From positions 403,180-467,179 of the forward strand of contig MNCI01001142.1 of assembly GCA_015680685.1 (NCBI GenBank): a DNA stretch of 64,000 bases. Reading direction: 5' to 3'. The notes under the pieces were generated by a model that searched no databases, was not told the origin of the DNA, and saw nothing but the letters and a program-made list of their open reading frames with translations. Positions 53,151-64,000 of this stretch are shown in pieces (positions within the stretch are counted from its first letter, which is position 1; each line of letters starts with the position of its first letter). The DNA comes from Gnetum montanum. Lineage: Eukaryota > Plantae > Gnetophyta. Both the position numbers and the translations under genes were made by a program.

Positions 53151-55339
53151 ATAAAGATACAAGTTATTATTACTAAGCATCTTGGGTTTAACTACCTTTC
53201 TTCTTTAATCATAATGATAATAAAAATTTTTCTTAAAAGATATATCGGATGTATATGATTAACAAGGGTGATGAACTTGATACTTGTATATGTTGTCTTA
53301 TTGCCAAGTGTTCATTGGAGCATTCACACATACCATGTATTCATTTTATAACTACAATTTCATAATCTATCATATTCTAACGTAAGGCTACCAAGGTTCC
53401 TCTTCATATGTGTCCAAGCCAAGCATCCATTTTTTCCCTTTTCCATCAAACACATAACAACATTGTCACTACCCTTTATTGACTCATCTTTAATGCCATT
53501 AATGTCGTGGTGTTCAAAATTTCCTTTGCATGATCCACCTACAGCTTCCACATTGTCCCATGTGATTTTAAAATGATTTAGTAGTTAGTCTTTGAATCTT
53601 TGACCTTCACCAAGTTATATGGTATCATGAATTCCAACCTAGCTAGAGAAAAATGTCCTTGAATCTAGTTGGAGTACATGTTTGTCACTATTCTTTGTTC
53701 TATAAAAGTGCTTCCTGTAGAGGTCCAACATGGCTATGAGTGGCCTCTTTAGATTGCATAGCAATAGAAAATTACTCAAATTTTGCAATAGGTTCATTTT
53801 GGAAGGGGGCCCAGATGTCCTTGGGGGCTCTCTCACAAGCACAATGATGGTGCTATGGCTTCTAGCTATGAATTTATGAGACTTGTGCTTGAGAAACTAG
53901 AGACATGACTGATGTTTACTTATAAATTGTAGCATAGGTGTAGGGTTTATTCGTACAAGTGTAGTGCTTCTAGGAGGATGATTGAGTGTAGGGATAGGTA
54001 TAATATTTGTTTTTTTTGAATTCTAAAAGCATGAAACTGATTCAATCTCCATTGTTACCCTAAATGATCCTCAAGATGGAAGAAAAATTTACAAGATTAT
54101 GATAAAAAATGATTTTGGATCTTATTTATATGCAAATATGGTTTTTGATGAAATGTCTATGCATTTCCTCAATTTCATCTCCTTAGTGATAGAATTAAAT
54201 TTTACATCTTTGTTTTATCAAAACCTTTGTTAATGCCATTGAAAATGCCCCTATACTTTCTTTCATCCCTAGAGCTGATTCTCAACCCTTTGAATCAATC
54301 ATAATACTAGTATCCTCATCCTCTTGCTCAATACATTTCAAGATAGTTTTAGATGTAATCGAATTATTTCTCTTATGATCTAATTCAAAACATATATGGC
54401 TTTCTTCCTTAACACTTGAAAATTAAATTCATTGGTCTTCAAACATATAGATTCATTGTTAACAGTAGTTGGAGAATCCACTAAAATGTCAATAATGCTA
54501 TTTTGGTATTGGTAGGGTTTAACCAAGAAGTAGAATCCTGTTGAAGTTTGGGATATGCATCAAGTTCACACTCTTTGTGAGTCTTAGAGCATGTTGTAGA
54601 ATCTGATGTATTTTTGACAATATCTATTTGAAATTCCTTACTCAACATGTCCTGTTCAAACCTTTCACTTTATATTCCTATTTGAATTTGTAGTGACATG
54701 CAATCTTGAATTGCATTTCCAACCAACGCTTGACACAAATTACCCATTATCATCATCAAATAACATACTTTTGTGGATCATTGAACCTAAAAGGGGATGA
54801 ATAATTTCCCAAATCAAACCTTTATGAAACATGACACACATGAATTTATGTGGTTCCCTAAGTTGGGTACTTCACATTCAGAAGATATATCACAAGCACA
54901 CATCCAAACTTTGTTGCTCTCAAAAAATGTGGTTGAAGGATCCACAACTAGTATAGTCTTTAATCCCCACTCCGGAGTGTTGTATTGCAATAGCAATTAC
55001 TCAAGCCTGTCATGTTCCATCAGGCTTGGAAATTTGATTTCAAGATTTCCCTAACGCTTACAATCTTGGGCTCCATACCAAAGTTTTGTACCACAACACC
55101 AACAACTCAATCTTGCAGGATCCCAACAAGTTCAAGCATATCAACCTCATAGGGCAACAAGAATAAGAATTGCAACTTAGTTTGCTAATCCTTGTATAGT
55201 TAGGTACATCGCATTTCACAATGCCAAAATTATTACAAATGATTGTACAATGAATACAATAATGCCTACACATTGATGCACATCAAGTCTTCTTATAGCT
55301 ACCATGTTTCTAAATCCTTATTGGAATTTGTGCAACAAT

Positions 55340-57070
55340 TAGCTAATGATCAATAATGATCATGGGAGATGTCTTTCTCATGCTTAAGACATATCTCTGA
55401 GTTTTCCTTCAATATTGGAAAGACATATTTGTTTCCTAAAATACATCTTTCTAAAGTCTCCATCCTAGAAGATGTATTTGTCTTTTGGAAGATGTATTTT
55501 TTAACTTGGTCTACATTTTGTAAAGGCTTCTTTGCCTCATAAAAGATGTCTTTGTTTGAGAAAGACATCTTGCTATTTCTGAAGATGTCTTTGTTTCAGT
55601 TCACTCCAATTCTTCCAAGACATATTCTACTTCCGAGAGACATATTTCTTCATCTTCCTTTGTCTATTAAATTCTTTATTCCTTGTCCATAGCCTTGGTC
55701 ATCCAAGCTCTTGTCTTGCAAGCACAACTATACACACACATATAAACAAACTTTTCTTTCATTTTTCTTAATGTTTTGACATACCAAAACCAAAAGTTCC
55801 ACAATATTCCCCTTTTTGGTAGTGTTCAAAACTTCAGAAAATGGGTTAGTCTTGTCCAAATAATAATAATAAAACAATAACATATTTTACCTACTTCTCC
55901 CCCTTTTTGGACATAACCAAAAAGGTGAGGAAAACTCCCCCTAAATAGATGCATAGAAAAAAGAAAATGTTTTTGGTGTTTTGGTTTTGTGATTTTTTTT
56001 ATTTTGTTTTATTTGGAATAGGAAAAATAAAAATTATTACATGCTAGTACAAGGTCCTATCCCCATATTCTTACATAGATATGACAATTGATGTTCATCT
56101 AATGGTTTTATGAAGGCCTCAGCTAGTTGACTTTTGATTCCAATGAATTCTAGTCTGACATGACCACATTGTCTATGCTCCCATATGAAATGATGGTGAA
56201 TCTCAATATGTTTGGTATGAGAATGTTGGATTGGATTCTTGGTCATGTTGATGGAACTCTTGTTATCACAATAAATAGGAGTTAATTCTATGTTTACTCT
56301 AAGATCTTTGAGTGTCTCTCTCATCCAAAGTAATTGAGCACAACAACTACTAGTAGAGATGTATTCAACTTATATGGTTGAAAAATGCTGTAGATATTTT
56401 CTTCTTGGTTGTCCAAGAAATGAGAAATATTCCCAAAAAAAAAAAACAATTACCACTTGTGCAATGGTAATCATCAGAACATCCTACCCAATCTACATCA
56501 TAATAATCAGCAAGATCAAGGGAGGAATCCTTTAGATACCAAAGGTCCTAGTTAGTAGTACCTTTTAAGTAATGAAAAATTTGTTTAATAGCTTAGTAGT
56601 GAGAATATTTTGGAGCTAATTTATATCTAGCACATAATCCTACACTTCAAGCTATATTTTTTTGACTTGAAATTAGATAAAAAAGACTATTAATCATACC
56701 TCTATAAATCTTGGAATCAATTGGCTTACCTTGGTCATCTTTAACAAGTTTCGAATTTGCAGCCATTGGAGTACCTTTCACTTTAACATTAGCCAACCCA
56801 TATTTTAGCAAAATATATTTTACATACTTGGTTTGACATAAGAAGGTTTCATTAATTGTCTAATAGATTTGAAACCCAAGAAATTTTTTGAGTTCTCCTA
56901 TCATACTCATTTCAAGTTTGGACTACCTGTGATCAAAAAACTTCTTGCAAAGGATTTCATTAGTGGCACAAAAAATAATATCATCTACATAGATTTGAAT
57001 AATTAGAAGATATTTTCCATCTATTTTAATAAAAAATGTAACATCAGCCTTACCTCTTTCAAATCCAAAT
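55340..57070 (-). mobile_element. Ty1/copia fragment: RT C-terminus, RNase H, multiple PPTs, start of 3' LTR (55803 leftwards); SIRE-like features
   Basis: IQIYVDDIIF, DVDWVG..TSG, IYCDNKSSINMTKNPIQHSHTKHIEIHHHFI; three G-rich purine tracts at ~55808, 55898, 55934 on the minus strand; AAGATGTCT repeats in U3. Confidence 0.88.
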
Positions 57071-57189
57071 GCTTCTCATTATATCTTCTTATTTTAAGTT
57101 TGATTTTTATCCTAATCATTTGATGATTGTTGTTCTTATAGTAGTTTCAAGCCATCAATTTAGGCCCCTATCATTACATTTTATGCAAA

Positions 57190-58220
57190 ATCATGGGTAG
57201 AGGTCCTAGACAAGGTGGAGTTCATGTGTAGGATGGCTAAGGACATCATTGACTGGTTGCATCATGTTGCACCTAAGATAGGTAAGAATTTTGTTTTCTA
57301 TGGTTTAGTTATTTTGCTATGTCATAGGTTGTGTTTACGTTATGGGTATCTTAGGGTTTTCATTATGTTCATGGTTGTATTTTATGCTTATTAAATGCCT
57401 TATATGAATTGGAATCCTTGCTAAGACATGAAGATTAACTCCTTGTCTAAGGTTCCTTCCAATATCTCTAGTGTGTCCTTGAAGTTGTATGAAACTACTA
57501 TTAATCTAGTGAAGTTGTATGTAAAAATTTCATAGAAGTTGGAAAGGTCTAATGAATTCTTATGGGAACAAGTTTTGGCCATGAGGGAGATAGTTCAATA
57601 GCAAGAGGAGATGATCAGAGAGCTCCTAGACTATAAGGCCTTTGTGAAATCCCAAGTAGCTAACTTAGGGAAGTTGCAAACCAAAGAGATCATGTGGACC
57701 CACTACTGGCATGCCATCTAAGACTAGGTAGCACTCTCATGGGAGATGGTGGAGTAATAGATGCAAATGGACCTAATCTTCTAGATGGTTGAGGATTGAA
57801 AAGATTACTACACTTGTGTCCTAGAGTTACATAGAAAACAAAAGGACCATAAGAAATAGTATAAGGTTGATTGTGAGGCCTACCAAAAGTGGCTTAAAGA
57901 GAAGTCAATTGAATCGCACAAGAGAGAGCTATTCATTTATGGGATCTAAGAAGAGAGTGCCAATCATATCTTTGAGAGTACTCTCATAGTGGAGAAATTC
58001 CTTGTTCCTTAGATTACCACTATTGTTGGTGAGACCTCTATAGCTACTATTACTGAGGAGCCACCTACTTGGATGATGATAGATAGGACTGGCATCCTCA
58101 TTAGTGTTGATCTTGAGGATATTAATTAGGTCAATGTGATGGAGGACCAAATCCTCCATCATCTGGAGGATAGCCTTACACATCTACCTTAAAAAATCAT
58201 GGATCTGGACTCCTCATAGG
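57190..58220 (+). pseudogene. Decayed coding-like region, possibly an antisense accessory ORF of the neighbouring minus-strand element
   Basis: Helical-looking translation REIVQ.QEEMIRELLDYKAFVKSQVANLGKLQ; no recognised domain. Confidence 0.3.
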
Positions 58221-58659
58221 TTTGATGCATTTTATGTTTTAGTTCTATTTTATGTTATGGTTTTCAGTTATTGGTTACTAATTGGTTGTGTGTTGTTGTA
58301 TTTTAATCATTATGAAACATTAGTGGCCCTAACAATAAGGGTGGGAATGATCCACCACATCCTTCTCCAGATGCATCTTAGCATTGTCCATCTACTATTT
58401 CTCGGCTTGTTACCTATGTGTTTTTATTTTTATGTTCATGGATATTGTTAGCCAAGACTATGTTATAGATGGCTATTATTATTTCTTGAAATTTTGCCAC
58501 ACAGTGTGGCATGGCTATGTATGTTATAAATATTTCAAATTAAAATTTTTGGTTTCATTTTTGGCTATATATATTTTTCTAATGTTATAAACATTGTAAA
58601 TGCCTTTGTTGATGATGTGATAATAGGCTAAACAAAAATAGACTAAAAGAGCTGTTTGC

Positions 58660-58800
58660 CAAATTTAGGTCATGGTGAGCACATGTTACATTGTTTTTGC
58701 TAGTTTAAGGCCATGATGGACCATCTTTTGTTGCAGTTACATTGCCAGTTTAAGGCCATGGTGGACCATATTGCTAGTTTAAAGTCTTAGAAGACCATGG
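58660..58800. repeat. Short tandem repeat, ~4 copies of GCTAGTTTAAGGCCATGGTGGACCAT
   Basis: Direct inspection. Confidence 0.75.
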
Positions 58801-59079
58801 TTGAAGAGAAACTTATATATATTTTTTTTTGAAATTTTCTATTTTAAAATTTTTATGTTTTTTAGTTTATATCATTCTAAACAAGGAAATTAAAGAAATA
58901 AATAAGGCCATAATAAATGAAAATGAAAATAAAAAAATTCTAGGCTATATGCATAAAACGTAGAGTAAAACATAGAAAAAATGCAATAATTGGTCAACAA
59001 GGAGAAAGCTTAGACTAAATGCTTATGGTAAAAATGATTATAAAGGTCATATAGGTGCAACATGGAAGGAGTAGGGGTG

Positions 59080-62000
59080 CACGTTACTTGTGTAGACTTT
59101 TCCTAATCTTTGAAAATTTAGGAAACCTAAGACTTGTTCTACACAAGTTTGTACTTACTAGCCCCTTCATTGATGATGTTGAAAGGGAGTTCATCCCATG
59201 ACACATCCCATTGCCCATTGTTGTTGTTCTTGGATTGCTCCTCTCTCCTAGGTTGATGGACCTTGTGGCTAGGAGATTCCTCCTAAATCTCCACTTCAAA
59301 CCCCTACTCTTTGTTCACATTGTTAATAGTTAAGGGAATTATGATATCACTATGAATGATGATTTCACCTCCCTCATAAGGAAGGTGAATTTCATAATGG
59401 ATAGGTAAATACATGACTCATAATTAAGCCAAGAAAGCTCTTTCCAACATAATGTTAAATCCTAGCATCTCCTCCACCACCAAGAAATTGATGGTTGTGG
59501 GGAATTGCTTCCCTATCACAAAGTCCAAGGAGATAGACCCCTTGATAGCAACCCTTAAGTCATTAAATGGCTTGAGAGTTGTGGTTGTTATAGGTTGTAT
59601 TTATTTTTTAAATCTCAAGCATTTAACAATGGTACATGGGATGACATTTGTTGTAGCTCCATTATCAACATGCATCCAATGCACTTTAAACTATCCTACA
59701 CATATGGTTATGAACAAAGGAACACTAGTTACTTTGCCATTTTGGGAACTAGCCTTGATTTTGCTATCATGAAATACTAGAAGTATTGACTTCTCCTCCC
59801 TTGGTAATGGAAGAATCATCATTGCATGAATGGATTTCATGTTTGTGAAAATGTCCTCACTAATAGTGATGGAAGTCAAAATTTTGACTAGTGCATCACG
59901 ATGTGTGGTAAAAGTCATGATTAGGTGATATAAGCTTAGAGTTGTATTCTTTTTCTTGAGGGATTTTCTAACTTGATCCATCCCACTAAGGAAGCTTTTA
60001 TCATTGGTTGTAGGCTTGTCACTCTAGTTATGCTTCACTTCCTCCATGCATCCCAAAATTTGAACTTCAACCTTAGGTGATTTCTATTGGGGATTCTTCT
60101 CTTTGTTTTGGTTATGAGTTTTAGGGTACTCCTATGGCTTGTTGGTTGAAGTAGGCTAGGCAGAGTAGGTCATGAGTATTAATGAGATGGAAGTGGGCTT
60201 TAGTGCACCCACTTCCTTCAATTCCTTCATCTATTTTTCATCCTTGTTATTGGGCTTTTTCTTATGCTTTTTCCTTTACTTATTTAAGGTATTTTGGTTG
60301 TCAATCATTGGTTGTGTGGAAGAGGTAGTAGCAATGGCCAACAGAGAAGGTCATTGTCTAGTTATGTTAGTTGGTTGGGCTATGAATGATGGGGTTGTGT
60401 TAGGCTAGGATACCCTAATGACAAAAGGCTCCCTTAGAGGTGCTTACAATGGTACTCTCACAAAAAAAGAGGATCTTGAGCTAGTGGAAGCTCAAGAGGC
60501 CCTTTCTCATGAAGGGGTACTTGGATCACAAATGATTCCCTTTCTAGTCTCTGATTCTCATCAATGTTGAATGCTAAAATAACATAAGAGCTATAATTAG
60601 TATTCAACAGGTCCTTTTGCACTTTCATCGACTAATTTTGTGGTTGGACTGAGTTGGAAGCATCTAAGACTAGCTCTTCCCTATTTATCATTTTCTCTAA
60701 GTCATCCTTTAGCATGAGGCAGAAGTCTATGTCATGACTAGATAGTTAGTTATAGTGGAAAAGGCCATCTAGTTTTAAGTGCCTAGGTAGTTGAGGTTCA
60801 TCCTTTGTTGCTCGAGTGGGGTCCTTGGCTATTTTGCATAGTTTCTTATGCTTCTTTTGATTGGCTTTAGTCATCTTCTTGTATTACATATGCACACTCT
60901 TCAAAAGTTAATCTGGCAACTTAGATGGCTTCAAAGGTAAGGTTGAATACTTGCTAAGGTCGTTTCACTCAAAATTAGGTCTAGTTGTAGTCGATGCAAT
61001 GGCCCCAGAGATTGATAGTTGGCTATCATCATTGTTAGTAGGGGCCTTGGGTGGGTTGTGCCTTGGCCCCTAGTTAGTGGTCTTAGCTTCTTTTTCCACA
61101 ATTACTACATCTATATTTTTATGCTTGTTCTTTTTCTTGTTCATTTGTGTATGTTAGTTTTTGTATGCTATGTAGGTCAAGTCCTGACTAGCCTTCATAG
61201 CATCTTCTATGTTCTTGGTCTAGCAGAATATAGCCACCTTAAATATAGTTTCGACTTGATAAAGTCATTAACTACCACCTTAAATATAGCCAAAAGTAGG
61301 GTTTCAACTATGGGCTCTAGTATTTTGTTCAGTAGTTCATTCCACTATTGGATGAACTTTTATACAGGCTCAAGTGGTTCTTGCTTAACCTTCATGAGTT
61401 GATCAGGTATGGTGTTGGTCTTCAAATTATACTTAAAGTGGTTTAGAAACTAGGCTATTAAGTCTTATAGAGATAATTTGTATCCTCTAGGTAGTACGAT
61501 GTACCAATCAAGTGCTTTTCTAGTCAAAGACAAGGAAAATTCTCATGATACTATGAGACCACAACTACAATAGCAAGCACTTAGATTTGAATATTATAAG
61601 ATGAGCATTAGGGTTACCTTCTCCATTATATTTGCTAAACTAGGGGATAGGGACACTAGAATGGAGTGTCAAGGATGAGATCTTAGGATTGATGGGATCA
61701 TCCTGGTAGAAATCCATAATCTTGACACTTTGGGAAGTAGAGGTTGTGAGCCTCTTTAACTCCTCCATAAGGTCCTGGATCATTTGGCAGGCCTGATCTA
61801 GGCCCTATGGTGGCCCTGTTGGCTATAGGGCTTATGCATATGTGGTTTTGACATTTTTTGTAAGGCTTGTAACCTTGGTATTGGTTGTAACATGAAAGGA
61901 ATTGGTTGTGTTATGGTCATAGTTTGTGGGTCAAATAAGGAAAAGGATGTTTGTGCTGGTACCTGAGGCACAAATGGGATAACGGAGTGTGTGACCCCTG

Positions 62001-64000
62001 AGTTGCTTAGGGTCCCATGATGAACCCCACACATGTAGTTAGTGGCTTTGTATTGGTGAAAATCATTTTTGATAACTATAGAGATTAGGATTCTATGGCA
62101 AATGGCATTGATGTGTTATAGGTCATTGGCAATGGCATCAATTGAGTTTAATATGTGGCTATGACTACTGTGGGATCAGTCGTGGTAGGCTAGGAGGGAG
62201 TGGAAAATGGTGGAACCATGCCCATGAAGAAAACAAAGGCATTAGTAAAAGGAATTTTGACCTTGAGGAATGTTTATTTGAATAATCCTCCCAGGATGTT
62301 TTTGATCTCAAATTCTACCCTAAACTCATCCTTCTCTTCTTGTTGTTCCTTCGAGCTCTACGTGTCATCTTCCTTCTCCATCTTAATCAATTGAGCCAAG
62401 ATGCTATCATAGAAATCAATGAAGGGTATTTGATCATAAGAGGAAGCGATATACTCTTTACCCTTACAATGCATGAGTTCAAATTCCCTTTTGGATTCTA
62501 CTTCCAAATGTGGAATCAACATGCTAACCTGCATTTTAGCATAAATGTAGTTGTACAAATCTTCATTTATGGCTTCAAAGTCAAGAATTTTTTTCCTAAC
62601 ACTCAAATATTTCCTACATTCCATGGTAGCAGGGTCTTTGGAATCATAGACTCTCATGGCTTGTTGGCTAGGACCTATGCCAATGAATGGGAAAGGAAAT
62701 TTAGTGGACTTCTAGAAAGACATGGATATTTTGTTCAAAATGTCTTAAAACAAGTGGAATTAAAAAATGGTCAAAATAAGTAAAAATGACCAAAAACAAG
62801 GTACTTACTATAAATAGTAAGTGACAGTAACGGGGATATACCCCTTTACCAAATGCAGAAAGCTAGGAATCTTGGCACCAAACCTTACCTACAGTGGCCC
62901 TATAACTATCTTTATGTTGGGTATGGTAGGGGGAAGAGAAGGGAGTGAGATGGAGGGATCTGACACCTACCTATTGCAATGTTGATAAGGGGGAAGGGGA
63001 GGGTGAGGCTGAAAAACAAAGTGGAAAGTTTGTCTTTTCCACTATAATTTGGTTTTGGCAGGCTACCAATTTTCTCAGCTTGGAAAGATGGGTGTTTAAC
63101 TTCTGAAAGTTTGATCTCTTCCAAAAGGATTGCATCACCAACTTTGGAAACTAGAAAAAAGAAATTGATAGAAAAAAAGGGTGGATGGAAAGGGGGGAGG
63201 GGAAGTTATGAATGCTGATTTTGATATGAAAAATTTACAGCAAGTGTTGTGAAAGGTTACCACCCAACCACTTGCAACTTCTACATTGTAGTATCTATCA
63301 CAAGGAGGGAAGGGGCAACATTGGTTTTTTAAAGTTTTGGCTGAAAAAATCAAAAAAATCCTAGAAATGACAATGTTGGCAATGGGGGGGATATATTTTT
63401 GATAAAGAAATTGGGCAAAGTTTCATGACCTCCTTCTAGCACCACAAAACTATTGCAACCAAATAAGTTGATCACTAGAAAACCAAGGGATCTAGCATAG
63501 TACCCTCAACCTTGAATCCCCAGGGCCTCCAAAAAAATAAGATTCAAGATACCCTATATAGTCTGGTAGATCACCTAGGGACTTATGGAATGCAAAATGA
63601 ATGATACAAATAACAAGAATAAAAATCTAAAAATAAAAAGCAAAATATATTGCACACAAACTAAAATTTTGAAACTTTATTTAAATAAATAAAGAATAAG
63701 TTTAGGAATGTTTACAAGAATAAGCTATGAGAGAGTAAAAGGGGGTCCATTGGGGTAGTAATTCTTGAAGCTGATGTCAGATGCTTCATGATCTAGATGC
63801 TTAATCACTCTTCATGTTGTTGAACCTCCTCTACTACAACTTTAGATATACAGCTTGGATCAATATTTGGGGTGAGAAAAGTAAGAAATTTGGCTACCAA
63901 ATTGCTCCACATTGGGGTTTGGGGATCCTAGAAATGCAATGTTGACATCAAAATATCACAAGTCTAAGCAAGGTAGTAAATGGGATAACAAGGTTATAGG
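59080..64000 (-). mobile_element. Tat-like Ty3/gypsy element D: 5' LTR (from ~63450, runs off window), Asn PBS, upstream ORF, gag, protease; RT/RH/INT not found
   Basis: PBS TGGTGCTAGAAGGAGG; gag FSLSLTRKALDWY..LP ~61500; protease VHVDNGATTNVIP..FLVV..FNIML ~59450-59680. Confidence 0.8.
63429..63444 (-). promoter_or_regulatory. PBS of element D (tRNA-Asn type)
   Basis: Minus strand TGGTGCTAGAAGGAGG. Confidence 0.8.

Noticed and set aside
62340-62783. 147-aa plus-strand ORF
   Set aside because: Antisense shadow of the element D upstream ORF; no recognisable domain

Overview
AT-rich, CpG-depleted plant heterochromatin made almost entirely of old, nested transposable elements. No intact cellular gene, RNA gene or CRISPR array was found. 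A large-genome non-angiosperm such as a gymnosperm is inferred from the TatII-like domain order, not shown. Contents: (A) four Athila-like Ty3/gypsy copies with ~850 bp LTRs and a tRNA-Asp PBS where visible (A1 1-4168 +, A1' 4169-6345 -, A2 7737-13361 -, A3 39925-46080 +); A2 and A3 are internally deleted and non-autonomous. (B) Three or four Tat-like copies with a tRNA-Asn PBS and an additional RNase H (aRH) between protease and RT (B1 6346-17090 -, B2 18625-21790 +, B3 36090-51830 +, plus 3' and LTR fragments). Also a Ty1/copia RT-RNaseH-LTR fragment, a second Asn-primed gag-protease element at the right end, a possible hAT relic and three tandem arrays, one with a young 730-bp higher-order repeat. 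Main observations: (1) a 60-62 nt GT..CTAAT..AG intron conserved in the otherwise diverged 3' region of three Athila-like copies, suggesting a spliced accessory gene; (2) two independent co-oriented Athila-like insertions ~90 bp apart in the aRH domain of two different Tat hosts; (3) a codon-conserved unknown ORF downstream of integrase in two Tat copies; (4) an in-frame Tat-RT/Athila-RH-INT chimera. All alignments were done by eye, so boundaries of degenerate elements are approximate.
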